Source: Bacteroidota bacterium
GTDB taxonomy: Bacteria > Bacteroidota > Bacteroidia > NS11-12g > UBA9320
DNA: 64,000 nt
Direction of reading: 5' to 3'
Assembly: GCA_002746305.1 (NCBI GenBank)
Contig: NVWV01000002.1
Coordinates: 43,737-107,736 of the forward strand
In this document: positions 9,499-19,968 of the stretch, in pieces
Position numbering within the stretch: position 1 is the first letter of the stretch
Layout: the number at the start of each line of letters is the position of its first letter
Translations under genes and position numbers: made by a program
The notes under the pieces: generated by a model
Seen by the model: only the letters and a program-made list of their open reading frames with translations
What the model was told of the DNA's origin: nothing
Databases searched by the model: none

Positions 9499-9864
9499 CT
9501 AGCCACAGCCTTTGAAATGGTGAATTTTCACCACTTTGTTTCTCTTTAATTTGAAAATAACAGAACAGTCATAACCTCTAGAAAACCACTGATAGGATAA
9601 AAAGGTATAACCATTATTACCTCTATCGATTGAATATGGCCCCCTAAAAACGCACTGAATGTAGAGTTTTGATCTTCCAATTAATGCCGAGTCAGAAGCT
9701 ATCTCTTGCATAACAGAAGATTTATAACCTGTTTTGCCAATAGTATCATTTACCCATTTATTTTGGTTAAAGTAGGATGGTTTTATACAAGATAGATTGT
9801 TGTTCGTAGAAGAATCTATACTAGAGTTGGGTTGTAATAAGAAAAAGGCAATGAGTAAGAGCAT
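9499..9864 (-). CDS. Small (121 aa) secreted cysteine-containing hypothetical protein
   Basis: N-terminal hydrophobic signal MLLLIAFFLLQP. Five Cys in the mature part. No recognisable family. Confidence 0.45.
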   Translation of the reverse strand: MLLLIAFFLLQPNSSIDSSTNNNLSCIKPSYFNQNKWVNDTIGKTGYKSSVMQEIASDSALIGRSKLYIQCVFRGPYSIDRGNNGYTFLSYQWFSRGYDCSVIFKLKRNKVVKIHHFKGCG

Positions 9865-9887
9865 TGAATTTTAAACGGTAAAGTTGC

Positions 9888-10634
9888 TTACTTATTTTTT
9901 AAAACATCTTCAACAGCAACTAAATCTTCAGGAGTATCCACACCTATCAACTTATTTTCAGTTACCATAGCCGAAACAACAATGTGATTCTGAATCCATC
10001 TAAGTTGCTCTAGCTTTTCGGCTTCTTCAAGGATTGAGGCATCCAAATTTTTAATTTCTTCAAAGGCTGTAGCAGTAAATCCATATACCCCAATATGTTT
10101 GAAAGCGATGTTCTCTTCAAATGGTTCCATGTACGGAATGGGGGAGCGACTGAAGTAACAAATATCACAGAACCCTTCGTCAAATGAAGTAGGAACAGCC
10201 TTTACAATGTTCTTGTTTAGGTAATCCTTTTCATTAGTTATGGGTTGAATAAACGTTAAAACGTCTACATCTTCCTCCTCAAATAAGTTAAGTAATCGAT
10301 TAAGGTCTGCTGGATTTATTAGAGGTTCGTCACCTTGTACATTTATAATAACGTCATAGTCTGTACCGTCCGAAGTAAGAATTTCCATTGCTTCTTCACA
10401 TCTTTCTGTCCCGTTTTTGGGTTCATCAGAAGTTAAAATAGTTTGTCCATCAAAAGCTTCTACAGCCTTCACGATATCCTCACTATCGGTTATTACAAAG
10501 ACATCAGTTGCGTCACTTTTTTCTGCCGCTTCGTAAACCCATTGAATCATTGGCTTATTTAAAATAGGTGCCAAAGGTTTATTTGGAAAACGGGTAGACT
10601 CTAGTCTACAAGGAATTAGAATTACAGATTTCAT
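9888..10634 (-). CDS. kdsB: 3-deoxy-manno-octulosonate cytidylyltransferase (CMP-KDO synthetase)
   Basis: 248 aa. N-terminus MKSVILIPCRLESTRFPNKPLAPILNKPMIQWVYE is the KdsB signature (IPAR/IPCR ... STRLPGKPL). Confidence 0.9.
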   Translation of the reverse strand: MKSVILIPCRLESTRFPNKPLAPILNKPMIQWVYEAAEKSDATDVFVITDSEDIVKAVEAFDGQTILTSDEPKNGTERCEEAMEILTSDGTDYDVIINVQGDEPLINPADLNRLLNLFEEEDVDVLTFIQPITNEKDYLNKNIVKAVPTSFDEGFCDICYFSRSPIPYMEPFEENIAFKHIGVYGFTATAFEEIKNLDASILEEAEKLEQLRWIQNHIVVSAMVTENKLIGVDTPEDLVAVEDVLKNK

Positions 10635-10637
10635 AAG

Positions 10638-11951
10638 TTATACTTCTTGAGTATCGTCCCATTGTTCAAGGTAGTCAGCAACTCTGCGAACAAACATTCC
10701 TCCCAATGCTCCATCAACGACCCTATGATCATAGGAATGTGATAAGAACATTTTGTGCCGAATACCAATTAGGTCACCATGTTCAGTTTCAATAACTGCG
10801 GGCTTCTTAACTATTGCACCCATTGCCATTATTGCTACCTGAGGTTGATTAATAATAGGTGTTCCTAGTAAGTTACCAAAAGTACCTACGTTGGTAACTG
10901 TATAGGTGCCGCCTTGGATTTCATCTGGTTTTAATTTGTTTGATCTCGCTCTTCTTGCAAGATCATTAACCGTCTTGGCTAGACCTGTGAGGTTCATGAA
11001 ATCTGCATTTTTAATAACGGGTACAATTAAATTTCCACTGGGTAATGCAGCAGCCATGCCAATATTTATATTTTTATGTTTAATGATATTATCTCCACTA
11101 ACAGAAATGTTAATCATAGGAAAATCCTTTATTGCCTTGACAATTGCTTCTATGAAAATAGGAGTAAACGTGAAGTTTTCACCTTCTCTTTCTTTAAAAC
11201 CGCCTTTAATCTTGTTTCTCCAGTTTACAAGATTAGTAACATCTGCTTCCACAAAAGAGGTAACGTGGGGTGATGTAGATTTACTCATTACCATGTGGTC
11301 AGCTATAAGCTTACGCATACGGTCCATTTCTATAATTTCATCACCAGGATTTAGATTTATGGCTGGTGCTTCTTTTGGTGCTGATACTGGAACAGAAACT
11401 TGTGGATTAGGAGCCGGTACTGTTGTAGAAGTAGTACTTGATGCTCCTCCATTTTTAACGTATGATAGAATATCACGTTTAGTAACACGACCTTCTTTAC
11501 CTGTTCCGGGTATATTTTCCAATTGCTGCATTGATATCCCCTCAGTACGAGCTATATTCATAACAAGTGGAGAGTAAAATCTATTTGTTTCACCATTTGA
11601 AAGGCTAGGACTTGTCACTGCTTGCTTTGCAACACTTATTGTATTCTCAATGATAGCAGTTGGAATTTCCTTAGGAGTTGCTTCTACAGGAGCAACACTT
11701 GGAGCACTCCCTACTGCAGTTATTAGAGCTATTGGTTCACCTACTTTTACCACATCACCTTCATTGAATAGCTTTTTTGTAAGTATACCAGCTTCCATAC
11801 TAGGAACCTCACTATCAACTTTATCTGTTGCTATTTCAAGTACAGCCTCATCCACCTCAATAGAATCTCCTTCGTTCTTCAACCAAGAAATAATCGTTGC
11901 TTCCGCTATACTCTCACCCATTTTGGGCATTATAAGTTTGTATTCAGACAT
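10638..11951 (-). CDS. 2-oxo-acid dehydrogenase complex E2 component (dihydrolipoyllysine-residue acyltransferase). Which complex it serves is not assigned
   Basis: Lipoyl domain with the lipoyl-lysine context EIATDKVDSEVPS. An Ala/Pro-rich linker. Catalytic domain ending SHSYDHRVVDGALGGMF (DHRxxDG motif). The preferred start is the ATG at 11951 (MSEYKLIMPKMGE) rather than the TTG at 11969. Confidence 0.85.
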   Translation of the reverse strand: MSEYKLIMPKMGESIAEATIISWLKNEGDSIEVDEAVLEIATDKVDSEVPSMEAGILTKKLFNEGDVVKVGEPIALITAVGSAPSVAPVEATPKEIPTAIIENTISVAKQAVTSPSLSNGETNRFYSPLVMNIARTEGISMQQLENIPGTGKEGRVTKRDILSYVKNGGASSTTSTTVPAPNPQVSVPVSAPKEAPAINLNPGDEIIEMDRMRKLIADHMVMSKSTSPHVTSFVEADVTNLVNWRNKIKGGFKEREGENFTFTPIFIEAIVKAIKDFPMINISVSGDNIIKHKNINIGMAAALPSGNLIVPVIKNADFMNLTGLAKTVNDLARRARSNKLKPDEIQGGTYTVTNVGTFGNLLGTPIINQPQVAIMAMGAIVKKPAVIETEHGDLIGIRHKMFLSHSYDHRVVDGALGGMFVRRVADYLEQWDDTQEV

Positions 11952-12108
11952 AACTTTTCGTTGGTGCAAAAGTAAGATTTTAGACTTTGGAAAATACTAT
12001 ATTATTGTACAAAGTAATAACAATCAAAACTTCGATTAAATGCCTGTTTATAGAGTCTAAGTTTATTGAAAAATGACAATGCAACTATAAATTGCGAACA
12101 CTTTAATT

Positions 12109-15033
12109 ATGAACCTTAGAAGATTTTCAATCATTGCCTTACTGACTTTTATTTCTTTCTCACTTTTGGCTCAAGAAAAAGTTGCCAAAAAGGACGTAAA
12201 TGGAAATAGTTACATTGAGTATACCAACGACCCTACAAACTCTAGATGGTATATTCTTGATAATGGACTAACTGTGGTCTTAGCACAGAATAGTGTAAAG
12301 CCCAGAGTACAAACACTTATCGCCACAAAAGCAGGTAGTAGTAGTGATCCAGCTGATAATACCGGGCTTGCTCACTATCTTGAACATATGCTTTTTAAAG
12401 GGACAGATAAATTTGGTAGTCTAGACTATCCAAAAGAAAAAGTGCTCCTTGCTCAAATAGACGAATTGTACGAGAAATATAACAGTACAAAGGATGGAGA
12501 AGAACGTAAAAACATATATGCTGAGATAGATCGTGTTAGTGGTGAAGCTGCAAAGTATGCGATAGCCAATGAGTACGACAAGATGCTTCAAAGTATTGGT
12601 GCTCAAGGCACCAACGCATTTACTAGTTTCGAACGGACCGTTTATGTAAATGATGTTCCAAGTAATCAAGTGAGTACTTGGTTAAATATTGAAGCAGAAC
12701 GTTTTAGAAATCCTATTCTCAGATTATTTCATACCGAACTAGAAGCTGTATATGAAGAGAAGAATAGAGGACTAGATAACGATGGAAGACAAGTATATGA
12801 AAAGATGTTCGAAGCTATATTCCCAAATCACAACTATGGCAGACAAACAACTATAGGAACAATAGAACATCTAAAGAATCCAAGTTTAATAAAGATTAGA
12901 AACTACTATAATACATACTATGTCCCCAATAATATGGCCATCATTATGGTTGGTGACATTGATGTAGATAAAACGTTTGAGTTAGTGAAGGAAAATTTCT
13001 CTTATATGCAACGTAAGGAAGTTCCTTCCATGAGTTTTGATGATGAGATAGCACTAACATCTACAAAAAAAATTGAGGTAGTAGGACCTAGTAAAGAGTC
13101 TTTAATGATGGGGTATAGGGTGCCAAATGCACTTGCTGAATCTGCTGATTTGGTCAAGTTAGTAGACTTAATTTTAGCTAATTCAAGTGCGGGTTTAATT
13201 GATCTAAACATGGTTAAAGCACAAAAATGTATTCAAGCTTATTCAGCATCTTCACTTCTGAAGGAGAGAGGTTTACATTTCTTTTCAGGAACTCCTTTAG
13301 AAGAACAAAGTCTAGAAGAATTGGAGAATTTGTTTTATGTTCAAATCAACAAATTGAAAAGTGGAGACTTCGATATGGGATTGGTTAAGAGTATTGTTTT
13401 AAATAAAAAAGTGAGTAAAATCAGACAATATGAGTCTTATCGGTCAACTGCATATTCATTAATGGATGCATTTGTAATGAATAATAGGTGGGATGCTGAG
13501 TTAGCCAAGCTAGATAAGATGCTTAAGTATACTAAGGAAGACGTTATTAATTTTGCGAAGAAATATTATACTGACGGTCATGTTGTAGTGTACAAACGTA
13601 AAGGTGAGAAGAGTAATACTTTAAAAGTAGAGAAACCTGAAATAACTAAAGTTGAAGTAAATAGAGGTAAAACATCTCCATTTGTAACTGATATTATAGG
13701 ACGGGAGACGGAATCTATTACTCCTCAAATATTGGATTATAATGAAGAAATTGAGTTTGGAGAAGTATCTGGAAATATTCCAATATGGAAAGTGAAAAAT
13801 GGTGATGACCAACTGTTTACATTGTATTATGTTTTAGATATGGGGTCTAGAAATGATCGGAAATTGGCTCTGGCTGTTGAATATTTAGAGTTCTTAGGAA
13901 CCGATAAATATTCTGCAGATGAGATAAGTACTGAATTCTATAAACTCGCTTGCAACTTTGGTGTATCTACAGGTTCAGAACAGAGTTATGTATTTCTCAA
14001 TGGATTGTCCAGTAGTTTTGAAGAGGCATTAGAATTATTTGAACATTTACTTGCAAATGCTGAATCAGATGATACTAAATTGAAGCAACTGATAGGTCAA
14101 AAATTGAAGGGGAGAGATGATGCTAAATTAAATAAGAGAGCGATAATGCGGAGACTAAGAAACTATGCTCTGTATGGAGAGGATAATCCTTCACGGTATA
14201 TATTATCAACTACAGAATTGAATTCCATTAAAGGTATTGATTTAGTTGACTATATCCATAATCTTACCTCTTATAAACACAAAGTATGGTATAGTGGCCC
14301 ATTGTCAATGGAAGGACTTATAAAAGTGCTTGACGTGAATCATAAAGCTCCTGAGGAGTTTTTGACTACTCCTTCATTAAAAGAGTTTGACATGGAGGAT
14401 ACAGATGGTAACAGTGTGTTTTTTGCACACTATGATATGGTACAGGCAGAAGTTATGTGGTTAAAAAAATCTAATAAGTATGCCGTCGAAGAAGGTGCTG
14501 ATATCCAAATGTTTAATGAATACTTTGGTGGAGGAATGAGTAGTATTGTTTTTCAAGAAATACGAGAAGCAAAAGCATTGGCTTATTCAACTTATAGTTT
14601 TTATTCTTCCGCGGGTAAGCTAGGTAAGAATAATACGGTACTAGCATATGTAGGTACGCAATCGGATAAGATGAAAGACGGTATTGAAGCAATGAATATA
14701 CTTTTAAATGATTTGCCACTTGAACAGAAAAACTTTGATAATGCCAAACAGGCTCTGAAGCAAAACTTAGAAACAAGTAGAATCTTAAAAACGTCTATAC
14801 TGTTTAATTATGATAATGCTCAGAAGCTAGGTTTAAAAGAAGATATCCGAAAAGCAACAGGTAAAAGACTAGAGTCTATAACATTAGATGATGTTAAAAA
14901 GTTTCATGAAACTAAGGTAAAGGGTAACTTTACCTATATTGTCTTAGGTGATAGAGAAAAGATAGATCAAGATTACTTATCGACCTATGGTAATGTTAAA
15001 GAATTAAGTCTGGAGCAATTGTTTGGTTATTAA
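12109..15033 (+). CDS. Secreted M16-family (insulinase/pitrilysin-like) zinc peptidase, 974 aa
   Basis: Signal peptide MNLRRFSIIALLTFISFSLLAQ. Inverted zinc-binding motif HYLEHMLFKGT (HxxEH). Its size fits a two-halved M16 protein. Confidence 0.9.
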   Translation: MNLRRFSIIALLTFISFSLLAQEKVAKKDVNGNSYIEYTNDPTNSRWYILDNGLTVVLAQNSVKPRVQTLIATKAGSSSDPADNTGLAHYLEHMLFKGTDKFGSLDYPKEKVLLAQIDELYEKYNSTKDGEERKNIYAEIDRVSGEAAKYAIANEYDKMLQSIGAQGTNAFTSFERTVYVNDVPSNQVSTWLNIEAERFRNPILRLFHTELEAVYEEKNRGLDNDGRQVYEKMFEAIFPNHNYGRQTTIGTIEHLKNPSLIKIRNYYNTYYVPNNMAIIMVGDIDVDKTFELVKENFSYMQRKEVPSMSFDDEIALTSTKKIEVVGPSKESLMMGYRVPNALAESADLVKLVDLILANSSAGLIDLNMVKAQKCIQAYSASSLLKERGLHFFSGTPLEEQSLEELENLFYVQINKLKSGDFDMGLVKSIVLNKKVSKIRQYESYRSTAYSLMDAFVMNNRWDAELAKLDKMLKYTKEDVINFAKKYYTDGHVVVYKRKGEKSNTLKVEKPEITKVEVNRGKTSPFVTDIIGRETESITPQILDYNEEIEFGEVSGNIPIWKVKNGDDQLFTLYYVLDMGSRNDRKLALAVEYLEFLGTDKYSADEISTEFYKLACNFGVSTGSEQSYVFLNGLSSSFEEALELFEHLLANAESDDTKLKQLIGQKLKGRDDAKLNKRAIMRRLRNYALYGEDNPSRYILSTTELNSIKGIDLVDYIHNLTSYKHKVWYSGPLSMEGLIKVLDVNHKAPEEFLTTPSLKEFDMEDTDGNSVFFAHYDMVQAEVMWLKKSNKYAVEEGADIQMFNEYFGGGMSSIVFQEIREAKALAYSTYSFYSSAGKLGKNNTVLAYVGTQSDKMKDGIEAMNILLNDLPLEQKNFDNAKQALKQNLETSRILKTSILFNYDNAQKLGLKEDIRKATGKRLESITLDDVKKFHETKVKGNFTYIVLGDREKIDQDYLSTYGNVKELSLEQLFGY

Positions 15034-16193
15034 AGTTCAATTACTTCGTCTATTCTTCGCAGATCAAATTGTGTTTGCGTAAGTCTAGGATATTTTGCTG
15101 TCGGTTCACAACTGACATATGTTTTACCCATGTATCCAAAAGAACCTGTAGGCTTATAGTCTGGAATCTCGATACCTAGGCTTAAGTGTTCGTCTTTTTT
15201 AAAGTATAAGGCCACTGTATTGAGTTTCAAAATTTCTTTCGTTAAATAAGCCATTAACATTGCTTTATCTTCACAATCAGCAGTAGCTGCCATAATTGTT
15301 TCTTCGGGGTAGTAGAATCGTTCTTCCCCATATTTATCATAATCACTACCATAAGGTACAACTTGCTGAACAAATGCTAGTATAAATCTTACTTGGTCTA
15401 CAATATCCCTGTCTTCAACTTGACCTCGTAGATAGTCTACAACACTCTCATCCATTTCACGAGATACCTGTAAATCAGTAAACTCACGTCCAACTTCAAA
15501 TAATGGTAAATCTGCTAGAAACTCCGTAACAGATGCATTTGAAGCTGCGGTAAAATTGTGTTTTTCAACCCCAAAGTTAAAGCTCACTTCTCTGCTTTTT
15601 TGATGAGCATTGATTTTTGGCACACTTCTTATGTTTCGTCTAATGTTTCTACGAGTAACTTTCTTGTCTCGAAAAATTAAGTGCTGACCATGATTCTTTC
15701 TGTTTTTAAAATTAAGGTCTTTATAATTTTTACCTGCGTACTTTATGAAAATGTACCTTCCTGGTGTGAAGGCTAAGTTCCCCATACAATTAAGTCTACT
15801 ACCTGTTTTGGTTAAGATTACGTCATATCCAAGTTCCTTTAACATTAAGTACTTAACAAAAATCTTCTGATTACTAGATTTACTTCGTGTAATTCGACTT
15901 GCATACTTATCTATTAGTATGGTCGTCGCAGCACCATCAAGATTGTAATGATCTATATGCTTTGCAAGGATAGCAGAACTAGTAACTAGATTATTGTTTC
16001 TATAATAGTCTAGTTTATGTGTGATTTCCTTTTGATCAAGTTTGTAAAAACGCAGAGCTGCTAGTTGTTGATCATACGATATATTAAGACGGTGACCATA
16101 GAAGTCTACAACGTTATTATAAGAAGAACCAGCGTTAATATTAATAACAGTGCTACATAATGCAATAATTAAAAGTGCTTTTGTTAATTTCAT
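15030..16193 (-). CDS. Secreted 387-aa hypothetical protein. Possible transglutaminase-like Cys/His/Asp core (weak)
   Basis: Signal peptide MKLTKALLIIALCSTVININA. The C-terminal region ...AATADCEDKAMLMAYLTKEILKLNTVALYFKKDEHLSLGIE...CEPT has a Cys...His...Asp/Glu spacing reminiscent of transglutaminase-like proteases; the fold assignment is unverified. The stop overlaps the M16 peptidase stop (TTAA, convergent). Confidence 0.55.
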   Translation of the reverse strand: MKLTKALLIIALCSTVININAGSSYNNVVDFYGHRLNISYDQQLAALRFYKLDQKEITHKLDYYRNNNLVTSSAILAKHIDHYNLDGAATTILIDKYASRITRSKSSNQKIFVKYLMLKELGYDVILTKTGSRLNCMGNLAFTPGRYIFIKYAGKNYKDLNFKNRKNHGQHLIFRDKKVTRRNIRRNIRSVPKINAHQKSREVSFNFGVEKHNFTAASNASVTEFLADLPLFEVGREFTDLQVSREMDESVVDYLRGQVEDRDIVDQVRFILAFVQQVVPYGSDYDKYGEERFYYPEETIMAATADCEDKAMLMAYLTKEILKLNTVALYFKKDEHLSLGIEIPDYKPTGSFGYMGKTYVSCEPTAKYPRLTQTQFDLRRIDEVIEL

Positions 16194-16251
16194 AATTTGG
16201 TTCCTCCTTTCTTGTCATGTTATAACTCAATAGGCGTTCCAAATAGTGTAA

Positions 16252-16875
16252 TTAGAGTTTAAAAACTTCTGAACGAAGGAATCCTCTCTTTAATGTATTG
16301 TATTTTAGAGTGTTATATCCATTTTGTCGGAATATTTGAAATACCTTAGGTAGTGTTTTGATACTATGTTCTGTTGTGATTTTGAAGAATAAAATGGACA
16401 GTTTTATCTGTATTCTGCGGATACCAAGGAGATTTGTATTCTGAGATAAATCAAAATCAACGACATACCATGTAAGGTTGTTGGTATGAGATGATTCAAT
16501 CTTATTTATGATATAGGAAATCTTTTGTTCGTTAAACACATCAAAAATAAATCCTGCATAGACGTAATCAATATGCTCTGTGGGATAGTCAAAGTTATCC
16601 GAATGCACAAACAGAATATTCTGTTCTCTGGGAGAATTTTTTATTGCCAATTTAATCATTACCGAACTTGCTTCTACATAAATGAGTTGAAGCTGAGGCG
16701 ATGTCTTAAATATGAGGGGTAAAATCTTTCCGTCTCCTCCACCTAGAATAAGTAAACTACCTTGTTTGGGAATCTTACTTATAAGTTCGAACTGAATTTC
16801 TAAAAGAGATTTTCCATACACTAATCTACCGAGAAGCGAGTAAATAGGGGCAATACGGTCATATGAATTAAGCAA
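16252..16875 (-). CDS. Small class-I SAM-dependent methyltransferase-like or spermidine-synthase-like protein (207 aa)
   Basis: The glycine-rich motif LLILGGGDGKILP resembles spermidine synthase / Rossmann MTase motif I (GGGDG). No other motif recognised. Confidence 0.4.
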   Translation of the reverse strand: MLNSYDRIAPIYSLLGRLVYGKSLLEIQFELISKIPKQGSLLILGGGDGKILPLIFKTSPQLQLIYVEASSVMIKLAIKNSPREQNILFVHSDNFDYPTEHIDYVYAGFIFDVFNEQKISYIINKIESSHTNNLTWYVVDFDLSQNTNLLGIRRIQIKLSILFFKITTEHSIKTLPKVFQIFRQNGYNTLKYNTLKRGFLRSEVFKL

Positions 16876-17033
16876 ATCGAAATCTTTATAAAAGTAAAAG
16901 CCCCAGCACCTTGTACTGAGGCTTTAGATTGGCTTTCTGACTATTAAGTCATCTCAAATATACAGCCGTTTGTCAACTAAATGTGGCTCGTAATTCAATC
17001 TGACAGTCAAATGACGTTTAGATTACAATAGGG

Positions 17034-18158
17034 CTATGAAGCACTAGCAATCATCATTGGCATGATGAGCATTAACAATTGTTCATCGTCTATATTTTTA
17101 CTTGGTAGTATAATACCAGCTCTGTTTGGCGTTGACAATTCTATCACAATATCCGGAGTGCTAATATTTTGAAGCATTTCAATTAGAAGTTTAGAGTTAA
17201 ACCCTATTTCCATGTCTTCACCTGCATAATCACAACCCAAACGCTCTACGGCCTCATTGCTTAAATCAATATCTTCAGCAGAGATAGTTAGCTCACTTCC
17301 TGTGATTTTTATATTTATTTGATTTGTAGTCTTGTTACCAAAAATGCTAATTCTTTTTACAGAATTTAAAAAATCCTGTCTGTTAAGACTAAGTTTATTT
17401 GGGTTTTCAGTAGGTATAACTGCTTTATAATCTGGATAACGCTCATCAATTAATCTGCAGATTAGACTTACATCACCAAATGTAAAGAATGCATTACTGT
17501 CGTTAAAATCAACTTTACATTCTGTATCATCTTGAGGTAGATTAGACTTTAATAGGTTCAGTGCTTTTTTTGGCAATATAAAGTTACTCTCAACACCAGG
17601 TTTTACATCACTCCGTTCTACCTTTACTAATCTATTTGCATCGGTTGCTACAAAGACAGCATTATCCTGAAACAACTGTACATAAACTCCAGTTAAGCTT
17701 AGTCTTAATTCATCATTACCCGAAGCAAACATTGTTTGTGCTATACTGCTTGATAAGACGCCTGAACTCATGTTGAAACTATTTTCAGCAGTAGGCTCTG
17801 GTATTTTTGGAAAATCATCAGCATTCTGACCTATTAGTTTATACCTACCAAATTCAGATTTTAATTCAATTGTATTCTTATCAACCTGGACTGTAAATGT
17901 AACAGGCTGGTTAGGGAGTGCTTTAAGAGTATCAAGACACATCTTAGAAGGAATGGCAATACGCACATCCTCGTCTGACTGCACATCAAGAGAAGTACTC
18001 ATAGATGTTTCCAAGTCTGTTCCTGTTATAGTTAGTTTCCCATCTTTAATGTCAAATAGGAAGTGATCTAAAATAGGTATTACAGGCTTTGAAACGATTG
18101 TTCCACTCACTCCTTGAAGTTTATTGAGTAGCTGGTTGGTGTTTACTATAAATTTCAT
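17034..18158 (-). CDS. dnaN: DNA polymerase III beta sliding clamp
   Basis: 374 aa. MKFIVNTNQLLNKLQGVSGTIVSKPVIPILDHFLF... has the typical DnaN N-terminus and three-domain length. Confidence 0.95.
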   Translation of the reverse strand: MKFIVNTNQLLNKLQGVSGTIVSKPVIPILDHFLFDIKDGKLTITGTDLETSMSTSLDVQSDEDVRIAIPSKMCLDTLKALPNQPVTFTVQVDKNTIELKSEFGRYKLIGQNADDFPKIPEPTAENSFNMSSGVLSSSIAQTMFASGNDELRLSLTGVYVQLFQDNAVFVATDANRLVKVERSDVKPGVESNFILPKKALNLLKSNLPQDDTECKVDFNDSNAFFTFGDVSLICRLIDERYPDYKAVIPTENPNKLSLNRQDFLNSVKRISIFGNKTTNQINIKITGSELTISAEDIDLSNEAVERLGCDYAGEDMEIGFNSKLLIEMLQNISTPDIVIELSTPNRAGIILPSKNIDDEQLLMLIMPMMIASAS

Positions 18159-18290
18159 TTCTGTTGTCTGATTTTTTACAAGATGTCAAATAAAATCTAA
18201 AAGTCTCACTTTTGATAAATTTAGTATCTAAAACTTATCAATACAATCGAGTTGTTTTTTGCCCAAAATGTTAATGACTTGATAACCAGA

Positions 18291-18875
18291 CTACTTCAGC
18301 AATTCAAAAAACTCACTTTGAATGGCTTGTCCCTTATCCTTAGCATACATGGTATGGATTGTTTTAGATATGTTATCATAAGCTAATCCGTCTTTTTTTA
18401 GTCGGGAATAAGTGTCTTGCATTAAATTGGGTCGAGGTCCCCACTCAAATAAAGTTTCTTGCTTAGAGTTCAAGCTTATTACCTTTGGAATACTCCTCCC
18501 TCCGCCAGTTAAATGTTCATCCATTATATCTAAATTTTCATCTCTCAAGATTATGGATAATTCAACATCTGGATTTAGTTCAGCCAATTTATTAATTAAT
18601 GGCAAGTTTTGTGCTGCATCACCACACCAGGCTTCAGATATAATTAGCCATTTTTGAGCTGGAAGTGCTTTAATTTTACTAGCCAGTTCCGCATTAATTT
18701 TAGAAGTTTTATCAAGACGTTTCATTCTCGTTACATTCATTGTTGAATATCCCAACATAGTTTCTGAATGATTATTCCCAGTTGTTTTACCCTCCCTATG
18801 AAGCTTATCGATCATTGATCTGTATGCTGTGTAAGAGTACTGTTTTCGTTTACTTAAATCGTACTGTAATTTCAT
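18291..18875 (-). CDS. Thioredoxin-fold protein (Thioredoxin_9-like, single Cys WCGD)
   Basis: 194 aa. LIISEAWCGDAAQNLPLINKLAELNPDVELSIILRDENLDIMDEHLTGGGRSIPKVI matches the Bacteroidota thioredoxin-like family that has WCGDS/A instead of CxxC. Confidence 0.6.
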   Translation of the reverse strand: MKLQYDLSKRKQYSYTAYRSMIDKLHREGKTTGNNHSETMLGYSTMNVTRMKRLDKTSKINAELASKIKALPAQKWLIISEAWCGDAAQNLPLINKLAELNPDVELSIILRDENLDIMDEHLTGGGRSIPKVISLNSKQETLFEWGPRPNLMQDTYSRLKKDGLAYDNISKTIHTMYAKDKGQAIQSEFFELLK

Positions 18876-18908
18876 AACCTCATTAACGACTGGTAGTATG
18901 ATAACTTA

Positions 18909-19763
18909 CTATTTATCGTTGCGGATAAGCCAAATGGCTACCAAGATAAACCCTAGTCCAATCAGTTGATTGTACAATATGGTTTCATGGTCCAAGAAGC
19001 CCCAGAATAAGGCTACGATGGGTATGAGATACGTTACTGAGGTTGCAAAAATGGCATTTGTCTGCTGAATAAGGTTGTTAAACAGTACAAGACTTAGGGA
19101 TGTTCCTAAAACGGCCAGTAGTAAAATTGCGATAAATGACCTCACTTCTTGTTCACTTGACATACTAAGATCTAATCCTGTTTTGAAAAGAACCGCAATA
19201 CCTATTATTGAAATAATTGCCAATGGTAATGCGGCAACTACAAGAGCTGGATAGTTACTAAGTTTATGCTTGATAATGTTAACATTGATACCATATAACA
19301 ATGCAGCGAGAATGACCAAAAGAGTATAGCCAATGTCGTAGTCCATATTCTTGTTATATACCAAGAAAAATGCTCCTCCAAGCCCAAAAAGAACGCCATA
19401 TAGTTTTACTTTATTGAATTTTACTCCCAAGAAAATAACTCCGGCTAGGAGAGCAAAAAGTGGAGTTAATCCGTTAAGAGCACCAGCCAAAGAACTGGGT
19501 ATTCGGGTTTGTGCTGCGGTAAATAAGAATGCAGGTAATGCACTTCCCAGTATGCCACTTATAACAAAGTACTTAAAATCACCTTTATTAATTTTTAGAT
19601 TCTTCCAATTTACAAAAGGAAGTAGAATAATGCCCGCAAATGCTATCCTCATAGCGGCCACCTGATAACTGGAAAAGAATTTAAGTCCTTCCTTCATTAG
19701 TATAAATGAGCTCCCCCAAATAATAGCAAGTATTGCAAGAGTGATATACGGATGGATTTTCAA
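18909..19763 (-). CDS. EamA/DMT-superfamily transporter (10 TM)
   Basis: 284 aa. Two repeated EamA-like halves of five TM helices each, with hydrophobic periodicity throughout. Confidence 0.8.
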   Translation of the reverse strand: MKIHPYITLAILAIIWGSSFILMKEGLKFFSSYQVAAMRIAFAGIILLPFVNWKNLKINKGDFKYFVISGILGSALPAFLFTAAQTRIPSSLAGALNGLTPLFALLAGVIFLGVKFNKVKLYGVLFGLGGAFFLVYNKNMDYDIGYTLLVILAALLYGINVNIIKHKLSNYPALVVAALPLAIISIIGIAVLFKTGLDLSMSSEQEVRSFIAILLLAVLGTSLSLVLFNNLIQQTNAIFATSVTYLIPIVALFWGFLDHETILYNQLIGLGFILVAIWLIRNDK

Positions 19764-19968
19764 TTAATTTTTACTTTTGTGCAATAGTCCGCTAAAGTAT
19801 TGAATATTTGATAATCAAAATAAGAATAAGCAAGCCGCTTTATGACGTTTATGTAACGGTTAAGATATTGGTTTCAACTTTAATCCGTATATTTACCAAC
19901 GTAAACCTTTCCGAGTTACTAAAGATAACTTGGGATTAATTAACCTAACCTTAGTAATAGGCCTAGAT

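Noticed and set aside
9218-9502. 94-aa basic ORF (+) overlapping the pyrG start and leader
   Set aside because: It is antisense to the pyrG 5' end and leader, Arg/Lys-rich with low complexity and no motif. It is a likely shadow ORF.
10906-12039. Plus-strand ORFs 10906..11577, 11076..11273, 11650..12039
   Set aside because: Antisense to the E2 acyltransferase gene. The Ser/Pro/Ala-rich translations mirror the E2 linker.
18159-18290. DnaA-box-like sequences (TTATCAATA, TTTGATAAA) upstream of dnaN that might mark oriC
   Set aside because: They are only 7/9 matches to TTATCCACA, no dnaA gene is adjacent, and AT-rich background gives such matches by chance.
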